NCBI GenBank assembly: GCA_964548195.1
Contig: CAZJQC010000002.1
Coordinates: 32,001-96,000, forward strand
Length of the DNA: 64,000 bases
Origin: an uncultured bacterium
GTDB lineage: Bacteria; Macinerneyibacteriota; Macinerneyibacteria; Macinerneyibacteriales; DSCS01
Direction of reading: 5' to 3'
Part shown: positions 28,125-37,704 of the stretch, piece after piece
Layout of the letters: every line of letters begins with the position of its first letter
Numbering within the stretch: position 1 is the stretch's first letter
The notes under the pieces: model-generated
Told to the model about the DNA's origin: nothing
Databases searched by the model: none
What the model saw: the letters and a program-made list of their open reading frames with translations, nothing else
Made by a program: the position numbers and the translations under genes

Positions 28125-28152
28125 ACAATATATCTTTAAACTTCATTGTCAA
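28125..28152 (-). promoter_or_regulatory. Sigma70-type promoter of arcE
   Basis: TTGACA (28152-28147), N16, TATTGT (28130-28125). Confidence 0.55.
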
Positions 28153-28160
28153 ACACTTTT

Positions 28161-29246
28161 TTATTTATCAATTATGTTCAGTATCTCGACTATTACAGCA
28201 TCAGAAAGGTATCGGCACGATTCCCTGATACGAAGGTTCCTGCCGTCAAGTTCTACAAAATCCCCGAAACCTTCAAAAAAACCCTCGGCTTTCAGAACAG
28301 AACTCTCAGACTGGCTTAGCAGGACGCCTTCGGCGAGACGAAGCCCCATGATGATCCGGGTAGCCCTGATCTCCCGGGCCCCCAATCGCTCTGAGACAGC
28401 ACCATCCCCCCTGATATAGGATGCGATGTCAGAAGGGTTCGTCCTTAGAACCCCCTCTATATAACCGACTGCAGACGCCCCAAGGCCGATGTATTCCGTA
28501 AAATGCCAATACTTAAGATTATGTCTGCACTCATAGCCTTTTTTGGAAAAATTTGAGATCTCATAGCATCCATAGCCTCTCGCTGAAAACGAATCAGAGA
28601 ACGCGGAATATATCTCCGCCTGTTTGTCGCTGTCTGCCATGATAATCGATTTGTCTCTGACCCTGCCGTAAAAAGGGGTCTTGCTGTCCACTGATATGGC
28701 ATAAAGGGATATATGGTCAGGGCCGACACAGTCTATTGATCCAATCTCACTCGCTATCAGCGCCTCGTCACCATATAATCCAAACATCATATCCAAAGAG
28801 AGGTTTTGAGTGTTCTCACGTATCATCCCGACGCGGGCTTTCAGGTCATCCAGGTCTTCACGCCCCAAAACGGAGCGTTTTGCCCGGTCAAAGGACTGTA
28901 CGCCCACCGATATCCTGTTCACTCCCGCCGCCTTATAGTCCCTGAGCCGCGCCAGCGTCGCATCACGCGGGTTGAATTCCATGGAGATCTCACAATCGGT
29001 GATATTAAAGATCCGACTGGCCCGATCGATCACCATCCCCATTTGAGCCGGCTCCATCAACGACGGCGTGCCGCCGCCGAAATACAAAGTGTCGACAAAC
29101 GAACCTCTGTATTCCTCCATCTCCTCTATCACCCTGTCAATGTACGCCACGGGTATCCCGGATGACGTCTCGACGGAATAAAATGAGCAATATGGACACT
29201 TTTTTTCACAAAAGGGTATGTGTATGTAGACGCCTCTATTTTTCAC
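28161..29246 (-). CDS. hemW: Radical SAM heme chaperone HemW (HemN-like)
   Basis: YIHIPFCEKKCPYCSF, YFGGGTPS, RISVGVQSF, YEISNF, HNLKYW; downstream of lepA; GTG start assumed. Confidence 0.9.
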   Translation of the reverse strand: MKNRGVYIHIPFCEKKCPYCSFYSVETSSGIPVAYIDRVIEEMEEYRGSFVDTLYFGGGTPSLMEPAQMGMVIDRASRIFNITDCEISMEFNPRDATLARLRDYKAAGVNRISVGVQSFDRAKRSVLGREDLDDLKARVGMIRENTQNLSLDMMFGLYGDEALIASEIGSIDCVGPDHISLYAISVDSKTPFYGRVRDKSIIMADSDKQAEIYSAFSDSFSARGYGCYEISNFSKKGYECRHNLKYWHFTEYIGLGASAVGYIEGVLRTNPSDIASYIRGDGAVSERLGAREIRATRIIMGLRLAEGVLLSQSESSVLKAEGFFEGFGDFVELDGRNLRIRESCRYLSDAVIVEILNIIDK

Positions 29247-30450
29247 GTATATCCACACCATAGAGGTGGTGGCTGTCGGCGCCAAAGATAACGACTCCGG
29301 ATGCCACCGCCGGCACAGTCCTGTCTATATGATGTTTTATTGAGTAACGAAAAACCCTCTTGCCGTCAGACATGTCATATCCGTAAACGGCGTAATCTCT
29401 TGAGCCAAAATAAACGACCCCGTCATGGACTGAGAATCCCCCGTTGACCGCTCCGCCTTTTCTGAACCGAAGATCATAATCCATCCATCTGTTGTCCGTA
29501 AGCAGCATTCTTTCGACTTTTCCCGATCCGGTTGAGAGCAGGGCAGCCCCTTTGTCTGTCGCCACCACAAGAGTGTCCCCATATATCAGCGGAGTCCCTT
29601 CAGTGGCCCCTTTCAGATGCGTTGTCCAGACCTCTGACATCCCCTTCAGCCGGATCTTATGGACAAAGCCGCCCTCCGTCGCGAAATAACCGTACCCGCC
29701 GCCGGCCGCAACGCCGCTTTTTATACGTGCGGACCTTTTTTCAATGCCGTTAAAATCAGTAAATTTATCGGATGATTCAAAGACACCGTTCCGGTTGCCC
29801 ATGATGTCATACTGTATTACTTTGTTCTCCGTCGAATACAGTACGACTATGCCGTCACAAAAAAAATCCTTGTCGGAATATCCCGGCCTTGTCCTGCGCA
29901 GCAATTTCAGAGGTTCGCGCTGATAAAAGTACAGATACCCCTCTTCGTCGGCAAAGACCAGACTGTCTCTGTCCGCATAAGGCGCAAGATGGACCCATCC
30001 CGCGGCTTTTAGTTCAAAGATGATCTGCCCGCCGCCAGCGTCAATGCCCTTTAGGGAAGCGTCGTCGGACCCCACATATATTGTGTCCTCAAATACAACG
30101 GGCGATGAAGTGTTTTGATCCGACCCGCCAAGACGGGGACTCTCCCAGACCCTTGCGCCCGTGTGTATGTCGAATGCCGCAAGATAGCTTTTGAAGACCT
30201 TATTGTCCGCCGACATGTGCACGCCGGGTTTGGACGTGTTGACACGAGGGATCACAAACCTGTTTTCATCCGCCCTGCCTATGTCTACAGCCCAGGTCAC
30301 GACCGTGCCGGACTCGGCAAGTATAAGAGGCCTTGTCTGTACTTTTAGTGTTTCGCCCAGATCGTTCTCCCACAGCAGTTCCGCCTTAGAACATGCCGCG
30401 AAAAAAAGAAAAAGAAACAATACATGCCCAAAAAAAGATCTTCTACTCAT
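29236..30450 (-). CDS. PQQ-like beta-propeller lipoprotein (BamB-like)
   Basis: Lipobox FAAC; repeats AFDIHTGARVW, SSPVV..IYVGS.D..L, VYFGSRD..VYGYD..DGK. Confidence 0.85.
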   Translation of the reverse strand: MSRRSFFGHVLFLFLFFAACSKAELLWENDLGETLKVQTRPLILAESGTVVTWAVDIGRADENRFVIPRVNTSKPGVHMSADNKVFKSYLAAFDIHTGARVWESPRLGGSDQNTSSPVVFEDTIYVGSDDASLKGIDAGGGQIIFELKAAGWVHLAPYADRDSLVFADEEGYLYFYQREPLKLLRRTRPGYSDKDFFCDGIVVLYSTENKVIQYDIMGNRNGVFESSDKFTDFNGIEKRSARIKSGVAAGGGYGYFATEGGFVHKIRLKGMSEVWTTHLKGATEGTPLIYGDTLVVATDKGAALLSTGSGKVERMLLTDNRWMDYDLRFRKGGAVNGGFSVHDGVVYFGSRDYAVYGYDMSDGKRVFRYSIKHHIDRTVPAVASGVVIFGADSHHLYGVDIREK

Positions 30451-32227
30451 CCGACACCTGTAAAATAGAGAGGAAAGCCTCCTGCGGTATATCCACTTTA
30501 CCGACTTTTTTCATCCGTTTTTTCCCGGCTTTCTGTTTCTCAAGCAGTTTTTTCTTTCTCGATATATCACCGCCGTAGCATTTCGCGGTCACGTTTTTCC
30601 GCAAAGGCTTTACTGTCGAACGGGTAAGGACCCTGGAACCGGCGGCGACTTGTATCACGACCTCGAAAAGCTGCCGTGGTATGTTTTCCTTTAGTTTTCT
30701 TGCCATGTAGGTGCCTCTCTGATACGTGTTGTCGCTATGGGAGATGACGGTAAGAGCATCGACCGGTTCCCCATTGATCAGCACCGACAACTTTTCCAGA
30801 TGGCTCCGTCTGTGTCCTATATAATTATAGTCGAAAGAGGCATATCCGGAAGTCATTGATTTCATCTTGTCAAAAAACTCAAAGATGATCTCGCTAAGAG
30901 GCATCTCAAACCTCAGCACAGCGCGATCTTCAGTTATATATTCCATCCCCTTATGCACTCCCCGTTTATCAATGCAAAGTCTCATCACATTGCCTATAAA
31001 TTCGGCCGGGAGTATGATCTCAACCGCCACGAACGGTTCTTCCAAATAATCAAGAGACTTTTCATCCACTTGCGAAGGGTTATGTATCTCAGTGACGACG
31101 CCCTTTTTGTCATACGCCTTGTACACAACGCTGGGTGTGGTTATTACAAGGTCCAGTCCGAATTCACGCTCGAGCCGTTCCTGTGTCACTTCCATATGCA
31201 GAAGGCCAAGAAAGCCCGCCCTGAAGCCAAATCCCAGCGCCTGGGACGTCTCCGGCTCGTAGACAAGCGCGGCATCATTGAGTTTCAGCTTTTCCAGCGC
31301 TTCCCTAAGGTCAGGGTATTTATCATTGTCCGACGGATACATGCCGCTGTAGACCATGGGCAGTATCTCCTGATAGCCATGCAAAGGCTCGGTTTTGTAA
31401 TCATCCGCAGCACATATCGTATCCCCGACCTTCGCTTCGCTGATCTGTTTTATAGACGCGATCACATATCCCACATCACCGGCAGTTAATTCAGTCATAC
31501 TCTTCATAAGGGGCTGAAAACAGCCGATCTCCTGCACTTCATATCGTGCATCAGTGCCCATCAACCTTATATCATCGCCCTTCTTTATAGTTCCGTCTTT
31601 TATACGCACATAAAGTATGACTCCCTTATATGTGTCATAGTGAGAGTCAAAGATCAATGCTCTAAGCGGCTGTTCCGCATCTCCACTTGGCGCCGGTATA
31701 CGTTTTATCACCGAATCGAGTATGGCTTCTATGCCTATGCCCTCTTTCGCGCTGGCTGAGATCACTTCATCCGGGTCAAATCCGATCTGCCCGATCAGCT
31801 CTTCCGTCGTCCTCTCAATATCTGCCCCGGGAAGATCTATCTTGTTCAACACGGGTATGAGCTTGAGGTCGTTGTCGACCGCCAGATACGCGTTTGCCAG
31901 TGTCTGGGCCTGTATCCCCTGCGCAGCATCCACAACAAGCAGAGCGCCCTCGCATGCGGCAAGCGCCCGGGATACTTCATAAGAAAAATCGACATGGCCG
32001 GGGGTGTCTATCAGGTTCAAAATATGTCCCTTGTATTCCATGCGCACCGCCTGGGACTTTATTGTGATTCCCCGCTCTCTTTCAATATCCATGCTGTCAA
32101 GCAGTTGTTTTTTCATATCCCTTTTGGCCACCGTGCCGGTAAACTCAAGCATACGGTCCGCCAACGTCGATTTGCCGTGGTCTATATGCGCTATTATCGA
32201 AAAATTCCTCGTTTTTTCTATATTCAT
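30443..32227 (-). CDS. lepA: Elongation factor 4
   Basis: RNFSIIAHIDHGKSTLADR, ERERGITIK, DTPGHVDF, LNKID, KCYGGDISRKKKLLEKQK; start at 32227 behind AGGAG. Confidence 0.98.
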   Translation of the reverse strand: MNIEKTRNFSIIAHIDHGKSTLADRMLEFTGTVAKRDMKKQLLDSMDIERERGITIKSQAVRMEYKGHILNLIDTPGHVDFSYEVSRALAACEGALLVVDAAQGIQAQTLANAYLAVDNDLKLIPVLNKIDLPGADIERTTEELIGQIGFDPDEVISASAKEGIGIEAILDSVIKRIPAPSGDAEQPLRALIFDSHYDTYKGVILYVRIKDGTIKKGDDIRLMGTDARYEVQEIGCFQPLMKSMTELTAGDVGYVIASIKQISEAKVGDTICAADDYKTEPLHGYQEILPMVYSGMYPSDNDKYPDLREALEKLKLNDAALVYEPETSQALGFGFRAGFLGLLHMEVTQERLEREFGLDLVITTPSVVYKAYDKKGVVTEIHNPSQVDEKSLDYLEEPFVAVEIILPAEFIGNVMRLCIDKRGVHKGMEYITEDRAVLRFEMPLSEIIFEFFDKMKSMTSGYASFDYNYIGHRRSHLEKLSVLINGEPVDALTVISHSDNTYQRGTYMARKLKENIPRQLFEVVIQVAAGSRVLTRSTVKPLRKNVTAKCYGGDISRKKKLLEKQKAGKKRMKKVGKVDIPQEAFLSILQVSDE

Positions 32228-32234
32228 TTCACTC

Positions 32235-33023
32235 CTAAATCGATATCCCAAGTTGTATGCCATTGACATGATACCCTTTGTCATCATAAAAAACAGAATA
32301 CGCGAAGCTGTATTTGTCTGCAGAAGCAGAAAACCCCGCCGTCAGCCTTCCGTTATCCAGCCCTGCGCTTATTTCGTACGATTTTGATAATCTGTATGCG
32401 CCGCCAAGATGGACTGTCATCGCATCATCCGTAGAATGCTTTCTAGCCGCGGCCCGGATCTCAGCCTTGCCAACGGCAAGCCCCGCATTAAGCACATAGT
32501 TCGCCCCCTCGTACAGCCATAAGGCTCCCCCGGCGCGAAGCCGGTTTTGTTCCCATGCCACCATGATATCCGGTATCAGGGTGACGCTGTCAGAATATTC
32601 ATAATCCCTTTTGAGCAGTCTCAGGGTAAAAGCCGAGCTAAAGAAGGACATCCTTTTCACATATCCGGCCATCAAAGAAAGATCATAGGGCCTCATGTAC
32701 CCTGTCAGATGGCCAAATTCATCCCTTCCTTCGATCTCCCCCCAATCATAGAACATAATATCCGCGATTATACTCCGTCCGCTGAAGGCAAAATAATAGA
32801 CATTTATGCCGCCGCTTATAAGCCCTGTGAAGGCAGATATCCGCCCGCTCTCCCCGGCCGCATACAGAAATCCCGGGTCCGTAAGGTCGCCGCTGTCGTT
32901 TCCGAATGAGTTTCCCGCAGCCATCCTGGATGAGGAATAGGGAAACATCAACAGTCCCGTATCTGTCCCGAAAACAAAAGACACAGTGCCAAACAGCATT
33001 AAAAACAAAAAAACCCTTTTCAT
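32235..33023 (-). CDS. Outer-membrane beta-barrel protein, short PorV/PorQ-like
   Basis: Signal peptide; DWGEIEGRDEFG..G..PYDLSLMAGY; amphipathic strands; C-term QLGISI. Confidence 0.6.
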   Translation of the reverse strand: MKRVFLFLMLFGTVSFVFGTDTGLLMFPYSSSRMAAGNSFGNDSGDLTDPGFLYAAGESGRISAFTGLISGGINVYYFAFSGRSIIADIMFYDWGEIEGRDEFGHLTGYMRPYDLSLMAGYVKRMSFFSSAFTLRLLKRDYEYSDSVTLIPDIMVAWEQNRLRAGGALWLYEGANYVLNAGLAVGKAEIRAAARKHSTDDAMTVHLGGAYRLSKSYEISAGLDNGRLTAGFSASADKYSFAYSVFYDDKGYHVNGIQLGISI

Positions 33024-33038
33024 TCTCACCTCAACGTC

Positions 33039-33085
33039 AGATTAATCAATAAACTATTGAACGTCAACGATATTTTAATTAGAAT
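33039..33085. promoter_or_regulatory. Overlapping divergent sigma70-type promoters
   Basis: Plus: TTGAAC (33057), N17, TAGAAT (33080); minus: TTGACG (33067), N17, TAATCT (33044). Confidence 0.55.
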
Positions 33086-33106
33086 GCATCAGGAGGTGAC
33101 AGTATT

Positions 33107-33466
33107 TTGAATGCGATTCTTTTACTGATTGCGGGGCTGGCTGTCGGCGTTGTCAGCGGCATAGTGGGCATCGGAGGCGGCGTGCTGTTTGTCCCGCTGC
33201 TGATATATCTTTTTAAATTCAGCCAGCTGGACGCCCAGGGCACAACACTCGCGCTTATGGTACCGCCCATCGGCATCCTTGCGGCATATGCGTATTATAC
33301 AAACGGCCACGTGCACATAAAGACAGCGCTCTTTTTAGCCGCAGGTTTTTTGTTCGGAGGGTTTCTCGGCGCCGTACTGGCACAGTCTCTCCCTCAGCAC
33401 GTACTGAGGAAGGTCTTCGCGGTCTTCATGGCGCTGATCGCAGCCAAGATGTTCTTCAAGCGCTGA
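33107..33466 (+). CDS. Half-size sulfite exporter TauE/SafE (TSUP) family membrane protein
   Basis: GVVSGIVGIGGGVLFVP..AQGTTL..PP..Y...G; about 4 TM; AGGAGG RBS, TTG start. Confidence 0.9.
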   Translation: MNAILLLIAGLAVGVVSGIVGIGGGVLFVPLLIYLFKFSQLDAQGTTLALMVPPIGILAAYAYYTNGHVHIKTALFLAAGFLFGGFLGAVLAQSLPQHVLRKVFAVFMALIAAKMFFKR

Positions 33467-34451
33467 CCCCGTCGAAAATAGGATTAAGAGCGTACATTAT
33501 CGTCATCATGGGATCCTGTCCGGTCTTGATCTCCCTGTCCGCCACACATATCCTTCGCAGAGACTCCACCATCACGTTGCGGTCTATGGCGGCGGCGCCC
33601 CGTACATAGTTCTTGATCTTTATGACATAAGGATGCAGGCCGGTAAGCTTTGACAATTCTTCCGGACTGCTGCTTATATTGTCTTTTACGACGAGCAACT
33701 TTTTTAATTCATTATATATCATGGAAATAGCCATCAACGGTTGGCCGGGGTCGCCGGTTTTTAACAAATGGCCCATCTTTTCGGCGAAGGCGCCCTTTTC
33801 TCTTTCTCGGACGTGGTCAAGGCAGTCGAAAATGGTCCCGGAACTGAAATTCCCCGTAAATTCCATTACCGCAAAAAGGTCGATTTCCGTGTTTTCCCCC
33901 GCATATGTGGACAATGTCTCAACAGCCCTGAAAAGTATATCGGTGTTGTCCTCGTTCATCGCTATCAGCATCTCAAGCGCTTCGGATGATATCTCTTTGC
34001 CCTGCAGGGAAAACCGCTCTCTCACAAGCCTTAACGTGTCCTTTTCATATAATCTTTTGCACTGCACCACGGAAGAGGGCGGTATGGCTGAAAAAGGCTT
34101 TTTTTTGACGGCCTTTTCCGCTGCGCTTGAAGATGAGAAGAGTATGATGCTGTTTTTGAATCGATGGGCGTTTGCGACTACTTCCGCCAAAGCCCCCTGT
34201 TCCCTCAGCGCTGTAAATTCACGTACGACGTAGACATTATTCCCCCCGAACATATCAAGGTTTTCCGCGGCCTCCAGCACCGAAAATCCGTCGCATGCGT
34301 CCGGGTCCATCACGTTCACGCTCTCATCGCCGTAATAACCGGAAAGGACTTCTTTCATCCTGTTAAAATAATACCCGGGGCCGCCCAGCACTACGGTCAG
34401 ACCGGGCAGCCGCCCTTTTTCTATGACATTGAGAAAAGCGTCAAATTCCAT
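33456..34451 (-). CDS. holA: DNA polymerase III delta subunit
   Basis: DMFGG..VVRE, ISSEALEMLI, IFDCLD, HPY, ADREIKTG; follows lptE as commonly seen. Confidence 0.85.
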   Translation of the reverse strand: MEFDAFLNVIEKGRLPGLTVVLGGPGYYFNRMKEVLSGYYGDESVNVMDPDACDGFSVLEAAENLDMFGGNNVYVVREFTALREQGALAEVVANAHRFKNSIILFSSSSAAEKAVKKKPFSAIPPSSVVQCKRLYEKDTLRLVRERFSLQGKEISSEALEMLIAMNEDNTDILFRAVETLSTYAGENTEIDLFAVMEFTGNFSSGTIFDCLDHVREREKGAFAEKMGHLLKTGDPGQPLMAISMIYNELKKLLVVKDNISSSPEELSKLTGLHPYVIKIKNYVRGAAAIDRNVMVESLRRICVADREIKTGQDPMMTIMYALNPIFDGVSA

Positions 34452-34933
34452 CAAAATCCTTCCAGTATCTGTTCCGTAATATCATCGGCAAGGGCGCTCA
34501 CTCCCTGCTCGATCAGCTCGGTCTCACTTAATGACTGATTGTACTCGAATATCTTCTCGTATTTGTAATCCTCGGCGCTCTCCACGATCTCCTCACCCTT
34601 AATCAGGGAAAAATCGATGTGAAATATGATCCTAAAGGAGGTCGGGTTTCCCTCGTTGTCAATAGAGCCGGTCTCTTTTCTGTATTCCTTCACCTTAATG
34701 GTTATCACGGCGTCAGCGTCACTTTCGTTCGCAATCCGCAGGCTGCTGACATTCATGAAATTTTCATTGATCTCTTTTGCAAGCAGGTCCCCTATTTCAT
34801 ACTTTATGGTCATGTTTACGACCGGATTGATATGGACGGTTTCAATCCCCTCCAGCCTGTTGTTTTGAAAGGTATAATAACAGGACGAGAGAAAAGACAA
34901 CGCCGCGATCAATAAAAATCTGAAAAATTTCAT
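34451..34933 (-). CDS. lptE: LPS assembly lipoprotein LptE
   Basis: Lipobox LSSCYYTF, TVHINPVVN.T, ADAVI, C-terminal LADDI helix; upstream of holA. Confidence 0.75.
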   Translation of the reverse strand: MKFFRFLLIAALSFLSSCYYTFQNNRLEGIETVHINPVVNMTIKYEIGDLLAKEINENFMNVSSLRIANESDADAVITIKVKEYRKETGSIDNEGNPTSFRIIFHIDFSLIKGEEIVESAEDYKYEKIFEYNQSLSETELIEQGVSALADDITEQILEGF

Positions 34934-36525
34934 ATCGTATCCTTTTTGTTCATATCGGACGTCAAGCCGGCATATGAATCAACTTTTTCGGGATAATCCA
35001 GAGTGAAGTGTATACCCCGGGATTCCCTGCGCCATTTTGCCGCCGCAACAGTGAGTCTGGAATTTATGATAAGGTTTCTCATCTCAAGCAGGTTCAGAGA
35101 CAACGGGTTTTTGGTATAAAACTCTTTGACTTCCTCGTTTATCATATCGATCCTCTTCATGGCCGCATCAAGACGTTTGTCTGACCTGACTATTCCCACA
35201 AAATTCCACATCGTCCTGCGCAGCTCATCCCAGTCATGGTTTATTATGACATTTTCGTACCGCTTTGCGGTCGGATATTCCCACGGGTCCAATTTCGGGA
35301 CATTACGGCCGTCACGGTAACCGGATAACGTCTCATATGCCTTCATGGCCATCACGGCACCCTCAAGAAGAGAGTTGCTCGCCAGTCGGTTGGCACCATG
35401 AAATCCGGTACAGGCGGTCTCGCCTATGGCCATCAGGTTCTCTATGTCGGTGACGCCGTCCACACGCGCCTTTATGCCTCCGCAGGTATAATGCGCCGCC
35501 GGAACCACCGGTATCATGTCTTTTGTAATATCAATGTTATACTCAAGGCATTTTTTATATATGTTCGGAAAACGTTCACGCAGGAATATCTCCGACTTCA
35601 TGGTGATATCAAGATAAACACAGTCTTCCCCGGACAACTTCATCTCGGTATCGATGGCACGGGCCACTATATCCCTGGGGGCAAGTGACTTCAGCTCATG
35701 ATACTTTTCCATAAATGTCCGTCCGTCACCGTTTTTCAATATGCCGCCTTCGCCTCTCACCGCTTCCGACACAAGAAAATTTTTGGCATACGGATGAAAC
35801 AAAGTCGTCGGGTGAAATTGCATAAACTCCATGCCTGAGATGGTGGCACCGGCTCTGTAGGCCATGGCGATGCCGTCGCCGGTAGCTGAATCGGGGTTGG
35901 ATGTGTATAAATATGTCCTTCCCGCGCCGCCCGTGGCCAGAATCGTCTTGCCTGCGCCGATTGAGATCACAGTGTCATGCTTTTTGTCATATACAAATGC
36001 GCCCCAGCACCTGTTTCCGCCATTGGGTACCGAAGAGAGATTATACTCCATGATCAGGTCTATGGCGCAACACTGAGGCATGAGTATAATATTGGGGTTC
36101 CCGGCTATGTTCGCATAGAGTTTTTCTTCGATCTCCCGCCCCGTCGTGTCGCGATAATATAATATACGGTTTCTGCTATGTGCCCCTTCCCTGCTCTTTT
36201 TATACCCCCGGCCTGTTTTTTCGAAGTTTACGCCGTACCGTTCCAACCTCTCCACAGCGGCAGGCGCCGATTCGATTATGGCTCTGACGACATCGCCTTT
36301 GCAAAGCCCGTCGCCGGCAGCCAACGTGTCGTCATAATGGGAATCGTAATTGTCGTCCGAGAGGTCCATGACAGCGGCAATGCCGCCCTGGGCGTAATAT
36401 GTGTTGGTATCCGTGGGAGAATCTTTGCAGACTACGATGACCTGTCCGATCGCCGAAAGCTCCAAAGCCAAAAGAGCGCCGGATATGCCCGAACCGATTA
36501 TCAGAAAATCAGTCTTGATTATCAT
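34930..36525 (-). CDS. nadB: L-aspartate oxidase
   Basis: IGSGISG, YAQGGIAAV, REGAHSRNRI, QFHPT, SEAVRGEG, LAPRDIVARAI, HYTCGG, HGANRLASNSLLE, ESRGIH. Confidence 0.96.
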   Translation of the reverse strand: MIIKTDFLIIGSGISGALLALELSAIGQVIVVCKDSPTDTNTYYAQGGIAAVMDLSDDNYDSHYDDTLAAGDGLCKGDVVRAIIESAPAAVERLERYGVNFEKTGRGYKKSREGAHSRNRILYYRDTTGREIEEKLYANIAGNPNIILMPQCCAIDLIMEYNLSSVPNGGNRCWGAFVYDKKHDTVISIGAGKTILATGGAGRTYLYTSNPDSATGDGIAMAYRAGATISGMEFMQFHPTTLFHPYAKNFLVSEAVRGEGGILKNGDGRTFMEKYHELKSLAPRDIVARAIDTEMKLSGEDCVYLDITMKSEIFLRERFPNIYKKCLEYNIDITKDMIPVVPAAHYTCGGIKARVDGVTDIENLMAIGETACTGFHGANRLASNSLLEGAVMAMKAYETLSGYRDGRNVPKLDPWEYPTAKRYENVIINHDWDELRRTMWNFVGIVRSDKRLDAAMKRIDMINEEVKEFYTKNPLSLNLLEMRNLIINSRLTVAAAKWRRESRGIHFTLDYPEKVDSYAGLTSDMNKKDTI

Positions 36526-36543
36526 GGTATTCCTTTCGTTTAC

Positions 36544-36571
36544 ATAATAATTATCCCTATGGCGATGTCAA
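36544..36571 (-). promoter_or_regulatory. Sigma70-type promoter of nadB-lptE-holA
   Basis: TTGACA (36571-36566), N16, TATTAT (36549-36544). Confidence 0.6.
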
Positions 36572-36707
36572 CATCAAATCACGGTCTCTCATCAGGACTC
36601 AACCGCAAACAGGGAAATGGGTGCAGGCAGCAACCCTTTTATTTGCCGCCGATCCTAAGTGAAAGGCCGCGCCGACACGGACCGTCCGGGAAAGTCACCG
36701 CCATAGG
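36556..36707 (-). ncRNA. Structured RNA of uncertain class (6S-like or novel)
   Basis: Nested helices: 36707-36696/36567-36556 (12 bp), 36685-36680/36586-36581, 36664-36652/36598-36587, hairpin 36650-36626; all non-canonical pairs are G-U on the minus strand. Confidence 0.65.
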
Positions 36708-36717
36708 CGCCGAAACA

Positions 36718-37704
36718 TCATCGCCGACCTGTTCCGTAATGCCCTGAAAATATAAACAGATCAGTCAGAGCCAGACGGGCGCAGGCCTCGACAATCACAG
36801 GCATCCTGTCTGCAAATGTCACGTCATGGCGACCGGAGAATCGCAACTTTGCGGTTTTTCCGCTTACTCTGTCAAAAGAATCCACTTCCATCCCTATAGT
36901 GGATGGAGGACGCACTGCTACTTTAAACGTGATATCCGTGCCGTTGCTGATGCCACCGTTCACACCGCCGCATTTACTCCCGACGGGGACGCAGTGTTCG
37001 TCGAAGCCCCCTATATATTCGGAGCCAAAATACTCCGGTGCATTGAAGCCCGCGCCAAAAGAGACGCCGGTCACACCCGGTATGGAAAACATCAGCGAAG
37101 AGACCGATGACTCTATGGAATTAAAAAATGGCTCGCCAATCCCCGCAGGCAGATCATTTACGGTGCATGCGATGACCCCGCCCACGCTGTCGCCTCTCTC
37201 CATGGCCTCCGTAAGCGAACGCCCGCGTTCAAAAGGCCCTGTCTTTTCAACCTCACATGATATGGAAACACCCGGGATCACTCCCCGTGCCAGCGAACCG
37301 GCGGCTACAAGAGGGGCCGTAAGACGCCCGGAAAACATCCCTCCACCTCTGTGGTCCTGAAATCCGCCATATTTTATCCTTGCAGTCTCATCCGCATGCC
37401 CCGGACGCGGAAAGCGTTTCACCATATCGTAATCCGAACTCTCCGCATCCCTGTTTTTGATCAATATGACAAGGGGCGCCCCCGTTGAAAAACCCTCAAA
37501 AACACCCGATATTATTTTGTAACTGTCGCTTTCATGTCTCGGCGTCTCCCATTTGGCAGCCGGACTTCTTCTTAGAAGGTCCTCTCTGATCATATTGTGG
37601 TCTATGGATATACCCGGAGGGAGACCGTCCAGCATGGCTCCTACATATTCTCCGTGTGATTCGCCGAATACAGAGACCCTGAAAATCCTGCCGGTCGTGT
37701 TCAT
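36718..37704 (-). CDS. aroC: Chorismate synthase
   Basis: FGESHG, PRPGHAD, RGGGMFSGRLTA, GDSVGG, GGVNGGISNG, GRHD. Confidence 0.96.
   Translation of the reverse strand: MNTTGRIFRVSVFGESHGEYVGAMLDGLPPGISIDHNMIREDLLRRSPAAKWETPRHESDSYKIISGVFEGFSTGAPLVILIKNRDAESSDYDMVKRFPRPGHADETARIKYGGFQDHRGGGMFSGRLTAPLVAAGSLARGVIPGVSISCEVEKTGPFERGRSLTEAMERGDSVGGVIACTVNDLPAGIGEPFFNSIESSVSSLMFSIPGVTGVSFGAGFNAPEYFGSEYIGGFDEHCVPVGSKCGGVNGGISNGTDITFKVAVRPPSTIGMEVDSFDRVSGKTAKLRFSGRHDVTFADRMPVIVEACARLALTDLFIFSGHYGTGRR

Noticed and set aside
36585..36670. SAM-I, cobalamin or c-di-GMP-I riboswitch-like words on the plus strand (CTCATCAGGA, CAGCAACC, AGGGAA..GGTGC)
   Set aside because: Required helices and remaining core motifs are absent, plus orientation leads into the aroC 3' end, and G-U pairing favours the minus strand
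36684..36700. RNase P-like GGAAAGTC
   Set aside because: Intergenic space is far too short and the matching 3' P4 motif is absent
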